From Negaprion brevirostris (lineage: Eukaryota), in contig JARDVH010000163.1 of the NCBI GenBank assembly GCA_030324005.1, positions 114,245,556 through 114,309,555 of the forward strand: a DNA stretch of 64,000 nucleotides, read 5' to 3'. The position numbers and the translations under genes are program-made. How positions within the stretch are numbered: the stretch's first letter is position 1; the number at the start of each line of letters is the position of its first letter. Below are positions 49,541 to 62,562 of the stretch, piece by piece. The notes under the pieces were generated by a model. It searched no databases and was not told where the DNA came from. It saw only the letters and a program-made list of their open reading frames with translations.

Positions 49541-50859
49541 GGCCTCGAAGCTTTTGTGCAACATTGCACAGCAAAGAAAGCACAGAGTTTCTGCCAGACC
49601 ATCATCAGTGTTCTCAGCCGGCAGAGAATACCTCTGTCTTTGCTCTGCACTACTGGAAGGAAGAAAGCACAGTTGGCCTTTGAGTTCCCAATAGCAAAAT
49701 ACAGCAAGTCATGGCTATGCTTCTGCATTAATATTCCAGAGAATGAGAGTTCAAACCCCATTGTGGGAATTTTAAGATTTTTTTTAAAAGAATCTGGACA
49801 CCTTTAGAAGAGCTGGTATTACTGGAAGTGATGGATTGTCAAAAAATTGATTTCCTAAGCTTTTAGGGAAGGAAACATTCCTTACCCAGCCTGATCTATA
49901 TATGACTTCATCCAGGTATGGATAATAAATGCTGGCTGTGCTGCCAATACCCACAAGAATAAACAATTCTCAATGACCTATCTTTTTCTTTGTATGTTAA
50001 GATTGTGTCAAAAGTGAAAAGCTTACGCCTCACTAATATTGCATTGTGACCAACTCCTGGTACATCCGAACTACCACTGCTGCATGAAAGCAGCACATCC
50101 TAGTGATCGATCTAAATGTGTTATTGTGATTTCATCAGTGAGATCATTGTACTTTATTCTTCCATTCCCCAAAACAGGACTTTGTAGATTTCACCAGAAG
50201 GAAGCGACTAAGATGATAGAGGTAAATTTTGATGCTTTGAATGTTGCTGCCCCAGAAAGCTTGACTTTTAGTCCTGAATTTCAAAATAGTGAAACATTCT
50301 CTCTTGACATGTCAGTTCATCATCCTTATACCAAAGCTTTGCCTTCAGGTGCTTTCAAATTTCATCTGTTTATTTTCCCTTCCATTGAATCAGTTGCTTT
50401 TTGGTTTATGAGTGAACCTAAACTCAATTATACAAATGCCACCCTGCTCCCAGTCTGTTTCAAACCTAAGTAGTGAGGGTCATGTCTCAAATTTGGTTAA
50501 AACCCACACTCCAATTGGTTAGCAAAAGCAGACTGAAATTTGCAACGGTATTCCTTACCCTGCCAAAAGCAATGTAAATACATTATCGCAAGCCCAGAGA
50601 TTGAATACAAAAACCTCTGGATTTTGAGCACAATGGTTATGTCACATGGGCTCATGTGATCTGCCTTGATTTCAGAAGACAGTTGAGTAAAAGGTTTCAT
50701 TAGACTGTGGCATCAACTATAAGCTACTAAATAGGCTTGTTAAACAGTAAATGGATAAGTGACCAGAAACAATGGAGCACTGGAGATTTGGAATAATCAT
50801 TGGCTCACTATAAGATAGAAAATTGCATTGTACACATCTGCTGTGCTAAACTACAATAT

Positions 50860-52000
50860 AAATGGGTTTGGAGACAAAGGGCAGAATCTTACTGGTCCCA
50901 TCAAGATGGCTTAGACAGGGAGAAAGGTAGGATGCAAACTCTTTCCTCTTTTCATGTCACCTTGGTTGATTTGCCAATTAACTTAAATCTGTGACCTCTG
51001 ATTAGCATTCCTTCAGCCACTTCAGCTCCTTTTTATTTGCTCCATCTAAACCCTTCATAATTTTAAATACGTCTATCAAATCTCCTCTCAAATGTCTCTG
51101 CATTAAGTAAAACCTCAGCTTCTCTGGTGTATCCATGCGATTCTAATTCCTGGGTCACTGTCTGCAGAGTCTGCATACTGTTTCTGCGGGTTTCCTTCCA
51201 CAGTTTGAAAGACATGCTAGTTAGGTGTATTAGCCATGCTAAATTCTCTCTCTGTATCCGAACAGGCAGCAGAGTGTGCTGACTAGGGGATTTTCACAGT
51301 AACAATTGCAGTGTTAATGTAAGTCTACTTGTGACTAATAAATAAATTTTAAACTTTCATTCCAATCTATTGAATCTCTCCTGTAACCTTGCCAAAATAT
51401 TTCCATCTTTCCTGAAGTACAGTGCTCAGAACTGAACACTAAACTCCAGCTGGGGTCAAAGTGAGGTTTAGTATAGCCTCCTGGCTTTGTACTCTATGCC
51501 TCCATTTATAAAACCCAGGATCCCATATGCTTTATTAATTGTTTTGTTAATCTACATTGTCACCTTCAAAGATTTGTGCATAAACACTGCCAGGTGTCTC
51601 GGTGTCTCTCTCTCTCGTGGTCCCTCTTAAATTGTACCATTTAGGATGTGTTGTCTCTCAGAGAATGCATCACCTCATTTTTCTGTGTTGGAATTTATCT
51701 GAAATGTGTCATACCAGTCCAACTATGTACATCCTCTTGAAGTATTTTGCTATCTTTCTCCATGTTTACCACACTTTCAATGTTTCTGGCATCTGCGTAT
51801 CTTGAAATGGTGTCTGAAGAATGAAGAAAATTACAGCACAGGAAAAGGCCTTTTGGTGTGTGGTGCCACCAAATCCAAGTCAGTATGTGAAACAGCAGTT
51901 GTTCTGATACTGAACCTTGGGAGCTTCACTGTATACCTCCCTACTGTCTAAAAAACATCAGTCATTGACCTCAACTTCCTGTTTACTATCCCATAGCCAA
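50860..52000 (-). mobile_element. Degenerate CR1 LINE with a nested SINE
   Basis: aaacccttcataattttaaatacgtctatcaaatctcctctc = reverse complement of RGDLIDVFKIMKG. Related fragments continue to ~52650 and at 53290-53630. Confidence 0.7.
51143..51355 (+). mobile_element. SINE family A, 5'-truncated, nested in CR1
   Basis: tgggtcactgtctgcagagtctgca...cttgtgactaataaataaattttaaacttt. Confidence 0.85.
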
Positions 52001-52898
52001 CCAGTGTTGTACCTGGATTACTAGTCTTTGACATTGTCACAACGCCACTGCTTTCACCAAATTGGAGGAGACGCCAGAGATAGGATTAATTGTATGTTCA
52101 GATTATAGCTCACGACTCAAAATAGCAAAATCAAATGCAAGTCAGCAAGAGCAACTTCTCCCAGAAAACATTACTAACTCATAGCTAAGTAGAAAATTGC
52201 CAATCCCTCATTTGTTAATTCCAGGAAGTCTTAAATCTGTTTATTGCTCAGTCATCATTGGCATTTGTTTAACTTAATGGAAATGACTATGATTTCCAAT
52301 CAAGAAGGCCTCCAGTCTGAAAAGCATCAGTCATTCACCACAACTCTGCTTACTATCCCATAGCCAATGCTGTGCCGATGCTGCTGCTGCTAACTATTTT
52401 ATTCCATNNNNNNNNNNNNNNNNNNNNNNNNNNNNNNNNNNNNNNNNNNNNNNNNNNNNNNNNNNNNNNNNNNNNNNNNNNNNNNNNNNNNNNNNNNNNN
52501 NNNNNNNTGTGCCGATGCTGCTGCTGCTACCTCTTTTATTCCATGGGCTTCTATTTTGCTAACAAGCTTAATATGTGTCCTTTATCAAACATCTTTTCAA
52601 AATCCACATACACAACATCAACGGCAATCGAACACAATTTGTTCTAAATCTGTGCTGGCTCTTGGTCAATATCAGTTCATGCTTGTTCAGGATGTGGCTA
52701 TTTTTTTCCTGTTGTTTCTAAAAGCATCCCCATCATTGATTTTTTTTTTTGCTTGGAAGAACAAGGTGCTGAATGTATTATATCCAGCCTTCCATGGAGG
52801 AGTCAAATGGATGCATTCACCCAAAAGAGAGGACTTACTTTTCAGATTTTGATACTCAGGTGTCGGGCCAAAAACAGTGGCAGAATAATTTAGTAAAT

Positions 52899-53032
52899 AA
52901 AATCAAATTACTGCAGATGCTGGAATCTGAAACCAAAAGAGAAAATGCTGGAATATCTCAGCAGGCCTGGCAGCATCTATAAGGAGAGAAAAGAGCTGCT
53001 GTTTTGAGTCCAGATGACGCTTTGTCAAAGCT
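52899..53032. mobile_element. Penelope-like terminal repeat fragment
   Basis: aaatcaaattactgcagatgctggaatctgaaaccaaaagagaaaatgctgg...ctttgtcaaagct. Confidence 0.55.
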
Positions 53033-54044
53033 GAGACTGCTCAGGTAAATGGACAGAATAATGTATCCTCATTACCAGGTATAAGGATGCACTTTCACAG
53101 AGTTCATTAGTGAACACAAAAATTCTCTCAGCTGTAACTGACTCCCAAAATGTCTCTGCCTAGGAGTCTTTTTTACCATGGGGTGACTCCACATTCATGA
53201 GTTCCAATTGGTGAAACAGGCCATGTGACCCTTTGCTATGTTGCCCTTAAAGGAATAATTACCAAAAACTCATTGGCTTATCATTGCTGGGCTCAGTCTT
53301 ATTCCTGTTTTTGAATAAGGCTGTAAAGTTTACAATTCTCTAGTCCTTCAGCCACACCTCTATATCTAAGGAAGATTGTGGCCAGTACCTCTACAATTTC
53401 TATCCTTACTTACCTCAGCAACCTCAGATGCAACCCACTCAGATTGTGTGACGTATCCATACCTCCTTTATTCTTATCGCATCTTGTATTCCAGCAACTT
53501 GCTGGCTTTGACAAAGTGCTCTGCCTTAGTAACACTGATGCAAAGTACTTATTCGCTACCTCAGCCACATCTTCTGCCTCCACCATTAGATCTCTATTTT
53601 GGTCTCTAACTGGTCTGCCATTCCTTTGGCAACCATTTAACTGAGAAATAATATTTTAGCAAGGACAATGGGTAGAGGGGGCGGTGGAACTGCTCAGGTA
53701 AATGGGGTGTGTTTTGGAAATAGTGTGAAAGCACATATGTAAGTTAATTTAGTAAGCAGTAAGCAGTAGTAAGATCCTCCCACCACAGTTAACCCTTTTG
53801 TACAGAAATTACCCCTACGATTTCTGATAAATGAAACAAGTCTCCATTATGACTAAACAATAAACAGGTTTAAGGATTGCTGGGGTTTCTATATGAGGAT
53901 TTGTTCGTTTGCTATTTGGGCTTTAACTGTGAGTTAATGTTTCTGGGAGCAATTGTTGTGGCTGGATTACATATGATTTTGCTGTTTTGAGTCTATGACC
54001 TGAACATGCAATTAATCCTATCTCTGTAATCTCCTCCAACTTGG

Positions 54045-54610
54045 TGGGAATGGTAGTTTGCAATGTCACCGGAACAGTTATCCAGGCTACTACTCTGGGG
54101 CCTTGGGTTCAAATCCCATTGTGGTAGAATTTCAGATTCAATTAATAAATCTGGAAAATAGTTAATCTCAGTAATGGTGACCAGAGGGCAACTCTTCCAA
54201 ACCTTCCCTACCATCTAGAAGGACAATGGCAGCAAATGCATAGGGAAGTCACTACCTGCAACTTGCTTACCATTCTGACTTGGAAATGAATTGCCATTCC
54301 TTCACTGTGGCTGGGTGAAAATCCTGGAACTCGCTTCCTAACAGCACATAGATTGCAGTGGTTCAAGAAGGCAGCTCAACAAGGTCAGTTAGGGATGAGT
54401 AATAAAAATGCTGGCCTAGCCAGTGAGCCTGCATCACGTTAAATAATTTTTAAAAAACCCATTATCAATTGTTTTAAAAACCTACCCGCTTCACTAATGT
54501 CCTTCTGGGAAGGAAATCTAACACTTTTACCTGGCCTGGCCATAAGGACAGGGATAGGGAAAGGCAACAATGCTGGCCTTGTCAATGTTGTCTACACCAC
54601 ATGAAAAAGC
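54045..54610 (+). mobile_element. SINE family B interrupted by a LINE 3' end (~54190-54455)
   Basis: Head gggttcaaatccca...aataaatctggaa. The body resumes at 54460 (cactaatgtccttctgggaaggaaatct...cctggc). Homologous to 56927-57300. Confidence 0.65.
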
Positions 54611-54643
54611 TTCAAGATATCTTTAGTACATTTGATAATTATT

Positions 54644-55012
54644 TGATTTGATTTGATTTATTGTTGTCACATATTGGGATACAATGAACAATATTGTTTT
54701 GAGCACGATATAGAGACAAAACATACCGTTCATAAAGTCCATAGGGGAGAAGGAAAGGAGAGGGTGCAGAATGTAGTGTTTCAGTCATGGCTAGGGTATA
54801 GAGAAAGATCAACTTAATGTAAGGCCCATTTAAAACTCTGAAGAAGCTATTCTTCAGTTAGTGCATGATCTCATACTTTGTATCTTTTTCCTGACAGAAG
54901 GTGGAAGAGAGTATGCCTGGGGTACATGGGGTCATTGATTATGCTGGCTGCTTTTCTGAGGTAACGGCAAGTGTAGATAGAATCAATAGATGGGAGGCTG
55001 GTTTGTGTGATC
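54644..55012 (-). mobile_element. Rex1/Babar-like LINE 3' end
   Basis: (GATTT)n tail; the reverse strand encodes degenerate HPGHxLFHLLxSGKRYKS-like residues. Confidence 0.7.
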
Positions 55013-55214
55013 TGGCATTAGGTTTATTGCACAAAGGTTCTGCTTCTGACCATAACTAATGTGTAGTGGTCATAAACCACAGCTAGCTATAAAGTAACCC
55101 TGGTACTACTCCTCCTCTCGTCATCTGTCTTCAAGGTTAGTACAAAGAATATGTTTAAAATGTAGCATCCCCAGCTTTCAAGGGAATGGACAATGAGATT
55201 TTTAAAATTCTATT

Positions 55215-55420
55215 TTTGAAACTGCCCAGTGAAGCAGTTGAGGCTACCTCATTGAATGTTTTTAAGGCAAGGATTGACAAATTTTTGAACAGTAAAGGAA
55301 TGAAGGGTTATGGTGAGCAGACAGGTAAGTGGAGCTGAGTCAACAAAAGATCAGCCATGATCTTATTGAATGGCGCTGCAGGCTCAAAGGGCCTGATGGC
55401 CTACTCTTCTAGTTCTTATG
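55215..55420 (+). mobile_element. CR1 LINE 3' end
   Basis: ctgcccagtgaagcagttgaggctacctcattgaatgtttttaaggcaagg..., near-identical to 61505-61710. Confidence 0.85.
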
Positions 55421-55720
55421 AAACGACTTGTATTTTGCCTTTATTATAGTAAAGCATCCCGAGTTATCTCGCAGATGTGTTATCAGACACAATTTGCCAC
55501 ATAAGGAGATATGAGGACAGATGGCCAAAGGTTTGACTGGAGGGAGGTTTAGAAAGGAATTTCAGAGTTCAGGATCTACAGAGCTGAAGGCACAGCCACC
55601 AGTGGTGGGATGGAAGAAGTTGAGGATGCACAGCATGCCAGAATTGGTGGGACACAGAGAACCTGGAGGAGTGTAGGGGTTGAGGAGCTTACAGAGGTGA
55701 GAGGTGATTTGTGCACAATG
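55420..55720 (-). mobile_element. L2-type LINE 3' fragment
   Basis: Reverse complement parallels the L2 tails at 24600-24940 and 42770-42990. Confidence 0.5.
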
Positions 55721-56926
55721 ATGGGAGTTTTGTACCATTTATTCAAAATGTCACAAATATTTTTTGGCCAAATTAAGGAAGTTTTTTTAAAATGTAATTA
55801 TTTCAACTTCTTAAAGAAGGAATTTGTATGTGTAAAAACAGAATGAAATTATAATTTGCCATTTTTGTTGAAACTGTACTGTCACCAACTGATCATTGAT
55901 TTTGCTATCAGAATGATAAATGACAGTGGTCCAGAAAACATGCTATTATTGTTTTATTTTCTCCTTTTATAGTTAGGGGTCCTCACGTTGGCCACTATTC
56001 CCTATCTTCAAAACAAGCATCCAGACAACTTGGCCACTATCAGTGCTGCTCCGTAACTGAATGCAGAGAGATGCCCAAGAGAGTCTCGGCTGCCAACTAT
56101 CCCTCTGTTCCAGTGAGAAAGTGTCTGTTTTTGTTCCATGTTTTCATTGAAAGCCCTATTGGGACCAAAAACCAGCGTAGGGAATTGCAGGCAGGAAGAC
56201 ATGTTTCAACAATTCATGTTGCAGTGGTTGGTGTATGAACTTTGTGCCATTTGTTCTGTGGGTCTTTGCCTGTCACTGGTATTGATCCTGCCAGCAATAT
56301 GTAAATGTTGTTTAACACAGATCAGTTTCAGCTTACAGCACTGAAAGTTATCAACTAACCCATCTTTGCTGCCTGAAATAATAAGTTAAGCCCGCTACCC
56401 TCCTCCGTACCTATAGCTTTGTGCTTTTCAGAATTTTGAATATTTAATCAATTTTCACAGTATTGTTACAGCATGGAAGGGGGTCATTCGGCACATTGTG
56501 TCATCATTGGCTTGCCAAAGGAACTATTTACCTAGTGCCACTCCCTGCCTCCTCCCTGTGACTCTGCACATTCTTTTCAGATAATAATCCAATTTCCATT
56601 TAAATGCCTCATTTGAGCCGGGCTCCACCACACGCACAGGCAGATCTTAACCACTCGCTGCATGAAAATGTTTTACCTCATGTCTCCATTTCTTCTTTTT
56701 GCCCTTATTCTCAATCCTTCCACAATGTGAACAGCCTTCTCCTGTCTACCCTGTCCAGATCTCTTATGATTTTGAATACCTCATCAAAACTCTTCTCAAC
56801 CTTCTCTTCTCCAAGACAAAGCAGTCCTGACCCTACATAACTGAAGTTCCTCAACCCTGGATGCATTTTCATAGATCTTTTCTGTGGTGTGTCTAACACT
56901 TTCCTGGATTATGGTACCAAGAGGAG

Positions 56927-57300
56927 AGGCAGTGCTGTGATGGTATTGTCACTGGACTAGTAATCCAGAGATCCAGGATAATGCTCTGGGTTTGAATTCC
57001 ATCACGGCAGATAGAGAAATGTGAATTCAATAAAAATCTGGAATTAAAGTCTAATGAAGACCATGGAACCATTGTTGATTGTCAGAAAAGCCATCTGGTC
57101 TACTGATGTTCTTTAGGGAAAGAAATCTGCCATCCTTATCTGGTCTGGCCTACATGTGACTCCAGACCCACAGCAATGTGGTTGACTTTTACAAAGCCCT
57201 CTGAAATAACAGGACAAACCGCTTACTTCAAAGGCAATTATGCATGGGCATTAAATGCTGAGCAAGTGGCAATCATGTTCCATGCATAAATTACAAAAAA
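56927..57300 (+). mobile_element. SINE family B, full length, nested in CR1
   Basis: ggtattgtcactggactagtaatccagaga...gggtttgaattcca...tttagggaaagaaatctgccatcctt...ggcaattatgcatgggcattaaatgctg, with an A-rich end. Confidence 0.8.
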
Positions 57301-57887
57301 GAATGAACACAATACTCCAGTTGATGTTGAATGAGTGTTTAACATAATCTTGTTGCTTTTGTAATCTGAGGCCATATTAATAAAGCCCAGGATGCCATAT
57401 GTTTTATTAACTATGCTCTCAACCAGTCCTACCACCTTCAATGATATATCCACCTAGGTCCCTCTGTGATTGTACATCCTTTAGAATTTTACTCTTTATA
57501 TTGTCTCTCTGCATTTTTTCCATCAATATGACCCACTTCACATTTTTTTGCATTAAATCTCATTTGCCACTTGTCCACCTCTTCCACCAGCCTGTCTGTA
57601 TCCTTTTGAAGTTCTAAACTATCCTTCCCACAGTTAACCATGCTTCCAAGTTTTCTATCATCTACAAATGTTGAAACAGTGCCCTGTACATCAATGTCTA
57701 GGTCACTTATATATATCTGGAAGCACAAGGATACTAACATTGGCCCTTGGGGAACTCTACTACAAACCTTCCTCTGAAAAATATCCATTAAGTACTACCC
57801 TATGCTGTCACTCAGCCAATTTAATATCCTTGTTCCTACTGTCCCTTTTATTTTGTGAGTTATAATTTTCTCACAAGTCTGTTGTGT

Positions 57888-58190
57888 GCCATAGTGATTA
57901 GCACTGCTGCCTCACAGTAGCAGGGCCCTGGCTTTGACTCCTGCCTTAGGCGACTGTCTCTATGGAGTTTCCACATTCTCCACGTATCGGCATGGGTTTC
58001 CTCCAGTGCTCCAATTTCCTCTCACAGTCCAAGGTTGTGTAGGTGATGTGGATTTGACATGGTAAATGTACAGAGTTACTGAGATAGGGAAGAGGGTTGA
58101 GCCTAGGTAGAGTGCTCTTTCAGAGGGTTGCTGCAGACCCGATGGGCCGAATGGCCGCCTTCTGCACTCCACTGAGTCCATGGATTCTGA
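57888..58190 (+). mobile_element. SINE family A (HE1-like, CR1-type tail) nested in CR1
   Basis: gtgattagcactgctgcctcacag...gatgggccgaatggccgccttctgcact. Confidence 0.85.
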
Positions 58191-60427
58191 ATTTATCAAA
58201 TGCCTTTTGGAAGTCCATGTACAACACATATAGCATCACCCTCATCAAACCTCTCTGTTCCCTCTTCAAAAAATTCCAGCAAGTTAGTTAAACATGATTC
58301 CCCCTTAACAAATCCACGCTGGCTTTTTTTAATTAACCTGCATTCACCCAAGTGACCATTAATTTCATTCTGAATTACAATTTCTAGAAGCTTCTCCACC
58401 ACAGCCTATAATTGCTAGGCTTATCTTTACACTGTTTTTGAAAAACGGATATAACATTTGCAACTCTGCAATCATTTATTCCACCCATGAGTCTAAGGAA
58501 GTCTTAAAAATTATGGCCAGTGCCTCCATAATTCCCACTTTCACGTCCCTCAATATCCTTAGATGCATCTCATCCGGTCCTGGTGCCTTATCAACTTTAA
58601 GTACAAACAGCCTATCCAATATCACTTCATCAATTTTAAACAGTGCAAAGTGTCTCAAGTACCCCCTTTTTCACTGTGACCTGAGCAGTATCTTTTTCCT
58701 TGGTAAAGACAGATGCAAAATGTTCATGTTATGCCTCTGTCTCAGGTGTAAAATCCAATTTTGGTCCCTGATCAGCCCCAGTCCTCCTTTTGCCATCTTT
58801 TTACTATTTTATTTGTTTACAGAAGCCTTTTGGATTCCCTTTTATGTTAGCTGCCAGTGTCTTTTCATTCTCTCTCTTTGCTTCTCCTTTTTGCTTTTTT
58901 ACTTCCCTTCTGAATATTCTACATTCTGGTTCTTGAGTGTATTATTCACCTATCATCTGTCATAAACCCATTCATAGGAGCAGGATGAATGGCCTCCTCA
59001 TGCTCCTATCGTCTATGTTTCCCTGCTTCTATGTACTCGTGTCCTTGCTGAATAATGTATCTGCATTTGAATTGCTAGGTGTTTATTCATCTGCACATTT
59101 CAGTGTCTGGCCAGTGCGTACACATTTCCATTGTCTGTTACCTCTTCCCCCAACATGCAGTACTTGTACCAAACTAAATCGTGATTCATTTAATCTGCCT
59201 CCCTGATCTTGAACATGTTTAGCACGATTTTTAATGGAGTCGACGGGTGATCTTGCCTATGGCAGGACAGCCGTCAAGAACTCAGTGCCATTTGTTTTAA
59301 GAAATGTCCGCTGAATAAAGTGCCACTCAGGTATGTAACTGGGCAGTGGCAGGCTCTCCCTGGGATCAAGGACCCCAGGGACTGAAGGAGTCCTGGTGCT
59401 GCTGGGGAGGAGGGCAGGCTCTGCTGCTGATTAAACACCTACTCAAGGCCAAGGATCATTGCTGGATCTCAGTCCAGAGGTGAGTGATTATTATTATTTT
59501 TTGAGGTGTGATATTGCGATTAATAAGAGACCACGAGGTAAGTGGTAGTAAATTAACTGGACCAGCNNNNNNNNNNNNNNNNNNNNNNNNNNNNNNNNNN
59601 NNNNNNNNNNNNNNNNNNNNNNNNNNNNNNNNNNNNNNNNNNNNNNNNNNNNNNNNNNNNNNNNNNNNNNNNNNNNNNNNNNNNNNNNNNNNNNNNNNNN
59701 NNNNNNNNNNNNNNNNNNNNNNNNNNNNNNNNNNNNNNNNNNNNNNNNNNNNNNNNNNNNNNNNNNNNNNNNNNNNNNNNNNNNNNNNNNNNNNNNNNNN
59801 NNNNNNNNNNNNNNNNNNNNNNNNNNNNNNNNNNNNNNNNNNNNNNNNNNNNNNNNNNNNNNNNNNNNNNNNNNNNNNNNNNNNNNNNNNNNNNNNNNNN
59901 NNNNNNNNNNNNNNNNNNNNNNGCCCACTTAAGGGCCTCAGTTGGTGATGGCCATCCACAAATCATCACACCACAGATTTAATTGGTCTGGAGACAGGAA
60001 GGCAGCTGGGTCCACATCCATTACTCTCCATTACTCCACATCCATTACTCCCCTGCCCAATTTAATGCCACCCCTACCACCAAACTCACCATGTAGGGGG
60101 GGGCAGTAAATTCTACTCTTAAAGACCTGCTCATTGTTTGTAAATTTCCTTTATTTCTTTGATTCTGAGTTATCTAAATGAAGAACAAATATTAGAGAAA
60201 ACCCATCATTTTAATTAAGGGTGTTTCATGTATTGCAGTTAGTGTGTGTGCGCAGTGACATTGATATTGGTCATTGCCAAATGATTGCATTGTGTACTAA
60301 TTAAGCACATGTTCAGCTATTCTGCATTAACAGATCACGTTGGTTCATTCTTCATTTTTTATAGACACACCTACAAAGACTTAGAACTTCATGGCAAAAC
60401 TTATTGAATTATATATTTATACGCTGC

Positions 60428-61095
60428 ACAGTGCACAGCAGTTAGCACTGCTGCCTCATAGCACCAAGGACCTGGGTTCAGTTCCAGGTGACTGTGTGGA
60501 GTTTGCACATTCACCTCGTGTCTGTGTGGGTTTCCTCCAGTTCTCCGGTTTCCTCCCACATGCCAAAGATTTGATTTGGTTTATTATTGTCACATGTATT
60601 GGTATATAATGAAAAGTATTTTCTCTTGCATGTTATACAGACAAAGCATACCATTCATAGAGAAGAAAAGGAGAGAGTGCAAAATGCAGTGTTACATTCA
60701 GAGCGATGCTGTCGAGAAAGATCAAAGTCCATTCAAAAGTCTGACAGCAGTAGAGAAGAAGCTGTTCTTTGAGTCTGTTGGTATGCGATCTCAGACTTTT
60801 GTATCTTTTTCACGATGGAAGAAGGTGGAAGAATGTTTGGGGAGCATGGGGTCCTTAATTGTGCTGGCTGCTTTGCTGAGGCAGGGGGCGAGTGCAGACA
60901 GAGTCAATGGATGGAGGCTGGTGTGTGGGTTAGATTGATTGACCATGCAAAATTGCCCCTTAATGTCAGGGAGTTTAACGAGGTAAGTACGTGGGGTTAT
61001 GGGAATAGGGCCTGGGTGGGATTGTTGTCAGTGCAGGTTTGATGGGCCAAATGGCCTCCTCCTGCATGTAGGGATTCTACGATTCTATTCTATGA
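60428..61095 (+). mobile_element. SINE family A split by a Rex1/Babar-like insertion
   Basis: Head 60428-60567 (gttagcactgctgcctc...cctcccacatgccaaaga); tail 60929-61095 (gttagattgattgaccatgc...gggattctacgattctattctatga). Confidence 0.85.
60568..60928 (-). mobile_element. Rex1/Babar-like LINE 3' end
   Basis: Reverse strand reads FHLLPS*KRYKSLRSHTNRLK, matching the LLPSGRRYRS...RL.NSFFP C-terminus of Rex1/Babar ORF2. Confidence 0.75.
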
Positions 61096-61292
61096 CACCA
61101 AGTTTCAGTAGTTCTGATACTCCACTTCATGTGGAGCTGTGACCAGGAGCTGCATTTGAAGTTGGGATAGAGGAGCAGGATTCCCAATAATATCTTCAAG
61201 ATGTCGTTCCCTGCACAGGGTTAATCACTCAAGGTGGGGAGAGGGTGGGTCTGGAATCTGGACTGACCACATCCCACCCAGGCCCTTTCCCA

Positions 61293-61373
61293 TGGGTGGC
61301 ACGGTAGCACAGTGCTTAGCACTGCTGCTTCATAGCTTCAGGGTCCTGGGTTCGATTCCTGGCTTGGGTCACT
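61293..61373 (+). mobile_element. SINE family A head (runs into a gap)
   Basis: gggtggcacggtagcacagtgcttagcactgctgc...gggttcgattcctggcttgggtcact. Confidence 0.85.
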
Positions 61374-61469
61374 NNNNNNNNNNNNNNNNNNNNNNNNNNN
61401 NNNNNNNNNNNNNNNNNNNNNNNNNNNNNNNNNNNNNNNNNNNNNNNNNNNNNNNNNNNNNNNNNNNNN

Positions 61470-61720
61470 CTTCTTCACACAAAGGGTTGTGAATCTGTGG
61501 AATTCCCTGCCCAGTGAAGCAGTTGAGGCTACCTCATTGAATGATTTTAAGGCAAGGATAGATACATTTTTGAACAGTAAAGGAATTAAGGGTTATGGTG
61601 AGTGGGCGGGTTAATGGAACTGAGTCCACAAAAAGATCAATCATGATCTTACTGAGTGGTGGAGCAGGCTCGAGGGACCGGGCCCACTCCTGCTCCTAGT
61701 TCTTATGTTCTTTATGTTCT
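61470..61720 (+). mobile_element. CR1 LINE 3' end with (TTCTTATG)-type tail
   Basis: Encodes FFTQRVVNLWNSLP; ends tcttatgttctttatgttctt. Confidence 0.9.
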
Positions 61721-62104
61721 TAATAACAGACTGACCACACAGGGGCAGTGGGCATTGGGTTTCACCTCAAGTGCAATTAGGGATGGACAGTAAATGCCAG
61801 CCTAGTCAGCGATGCTCAGCTCCTGTGAATGAATGACAAAAAAATGTGGACATAGATGTTGGCCCTAACACCATCCTTATTTCAGTCCAATCATATTTTT
61901 GTGCTCTTTCTCTTGGCATTGATTCTTTTTATGCAAGTGCTTGAAAATCTTTGCCAAACTGATATCACTCTTTCCGCTCAAATATCTGTGCCATAAAGCA
62001 TCTGGAGTGTGGTTGCACCATTATTTAGCTCAACTGACCTTTCCTTAAAATCGAGTTGTTTCTAAGCCAGTGCATCCCACAAATATTTAGAATATTACCT
62101 TGGA

Positions 62105-62562
62105 AGAAACATAGAAAATAGGTGCAGGAGTAGGCCATTCAGCCCTCTGAGCCTGCACCACCATTCAATATGATCATGGCAGATCATGCACTTTCGATAT
62201 CACACTCCTTTTTTCGCTCCATACCCCTTAACCTCTTTAGCCGCAGGGGCCATGACCCGCTCCCTCTTGAACATATGTAACGAACTGACCCCAGTAGCTT
62301 TCTGTGGTAGCGAATTCCACAGGTTCACAACTCTCTGAGTGAAGAAGTGCTTCCTCATCTCAGTCCTGAATGCCTTACCCCTTATTCTTAGACTGTGACC
62401 CCCTAGTTCTAGACTTCTCCAATATTAGGAATAGTCTTCCTGCATCCACCCTGTCCACTCCCATCAGGATTTTAATGTTTCTGTGAGGTCCCCTCTCATT
62501 CTCCTGAACTCCAGTGAGTACAAGCCCAGTCGATCCAGTCTCTCTCCATATGTCAGTCCTGT
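62105..62562 (-). mobile_element. CR1 LINE 3' end
   Basis: Minus ORF KILMGVDRVDAGRLF...SRTRG, followed by FFTQRVVNLWNS-like sequence. Confidence 0.9.

Larger units (their letters stand above)
56460..58965 (-). mobile_element. CR1 LINE ORF2 (RT) remnant, ~2.5 kb, with two nested SINEs
   Basis: Minus-strand ORFs: KVDKAPGPDEMHLRILR, KSQRGFVKGESCLTNLLEFFEE, SRVPQGPML...FQIYISDLD...FVDDRKLG...WQMRFNAKKCEV, EVFKIIRDLDRVDRRRLF. Many frameshifts. Confidence 0.92.

Noticed and set aside
49408-49761. 117-aa minus-strand ATG ORF
   Set aside because: Overlaps the Harbinger relic in antisense; no recognisable domain or splice support.
58438-58965. 175-aa plus-strand ORF
   Set aside because: Antisense shadow of the CR1 ORF2 remnant.
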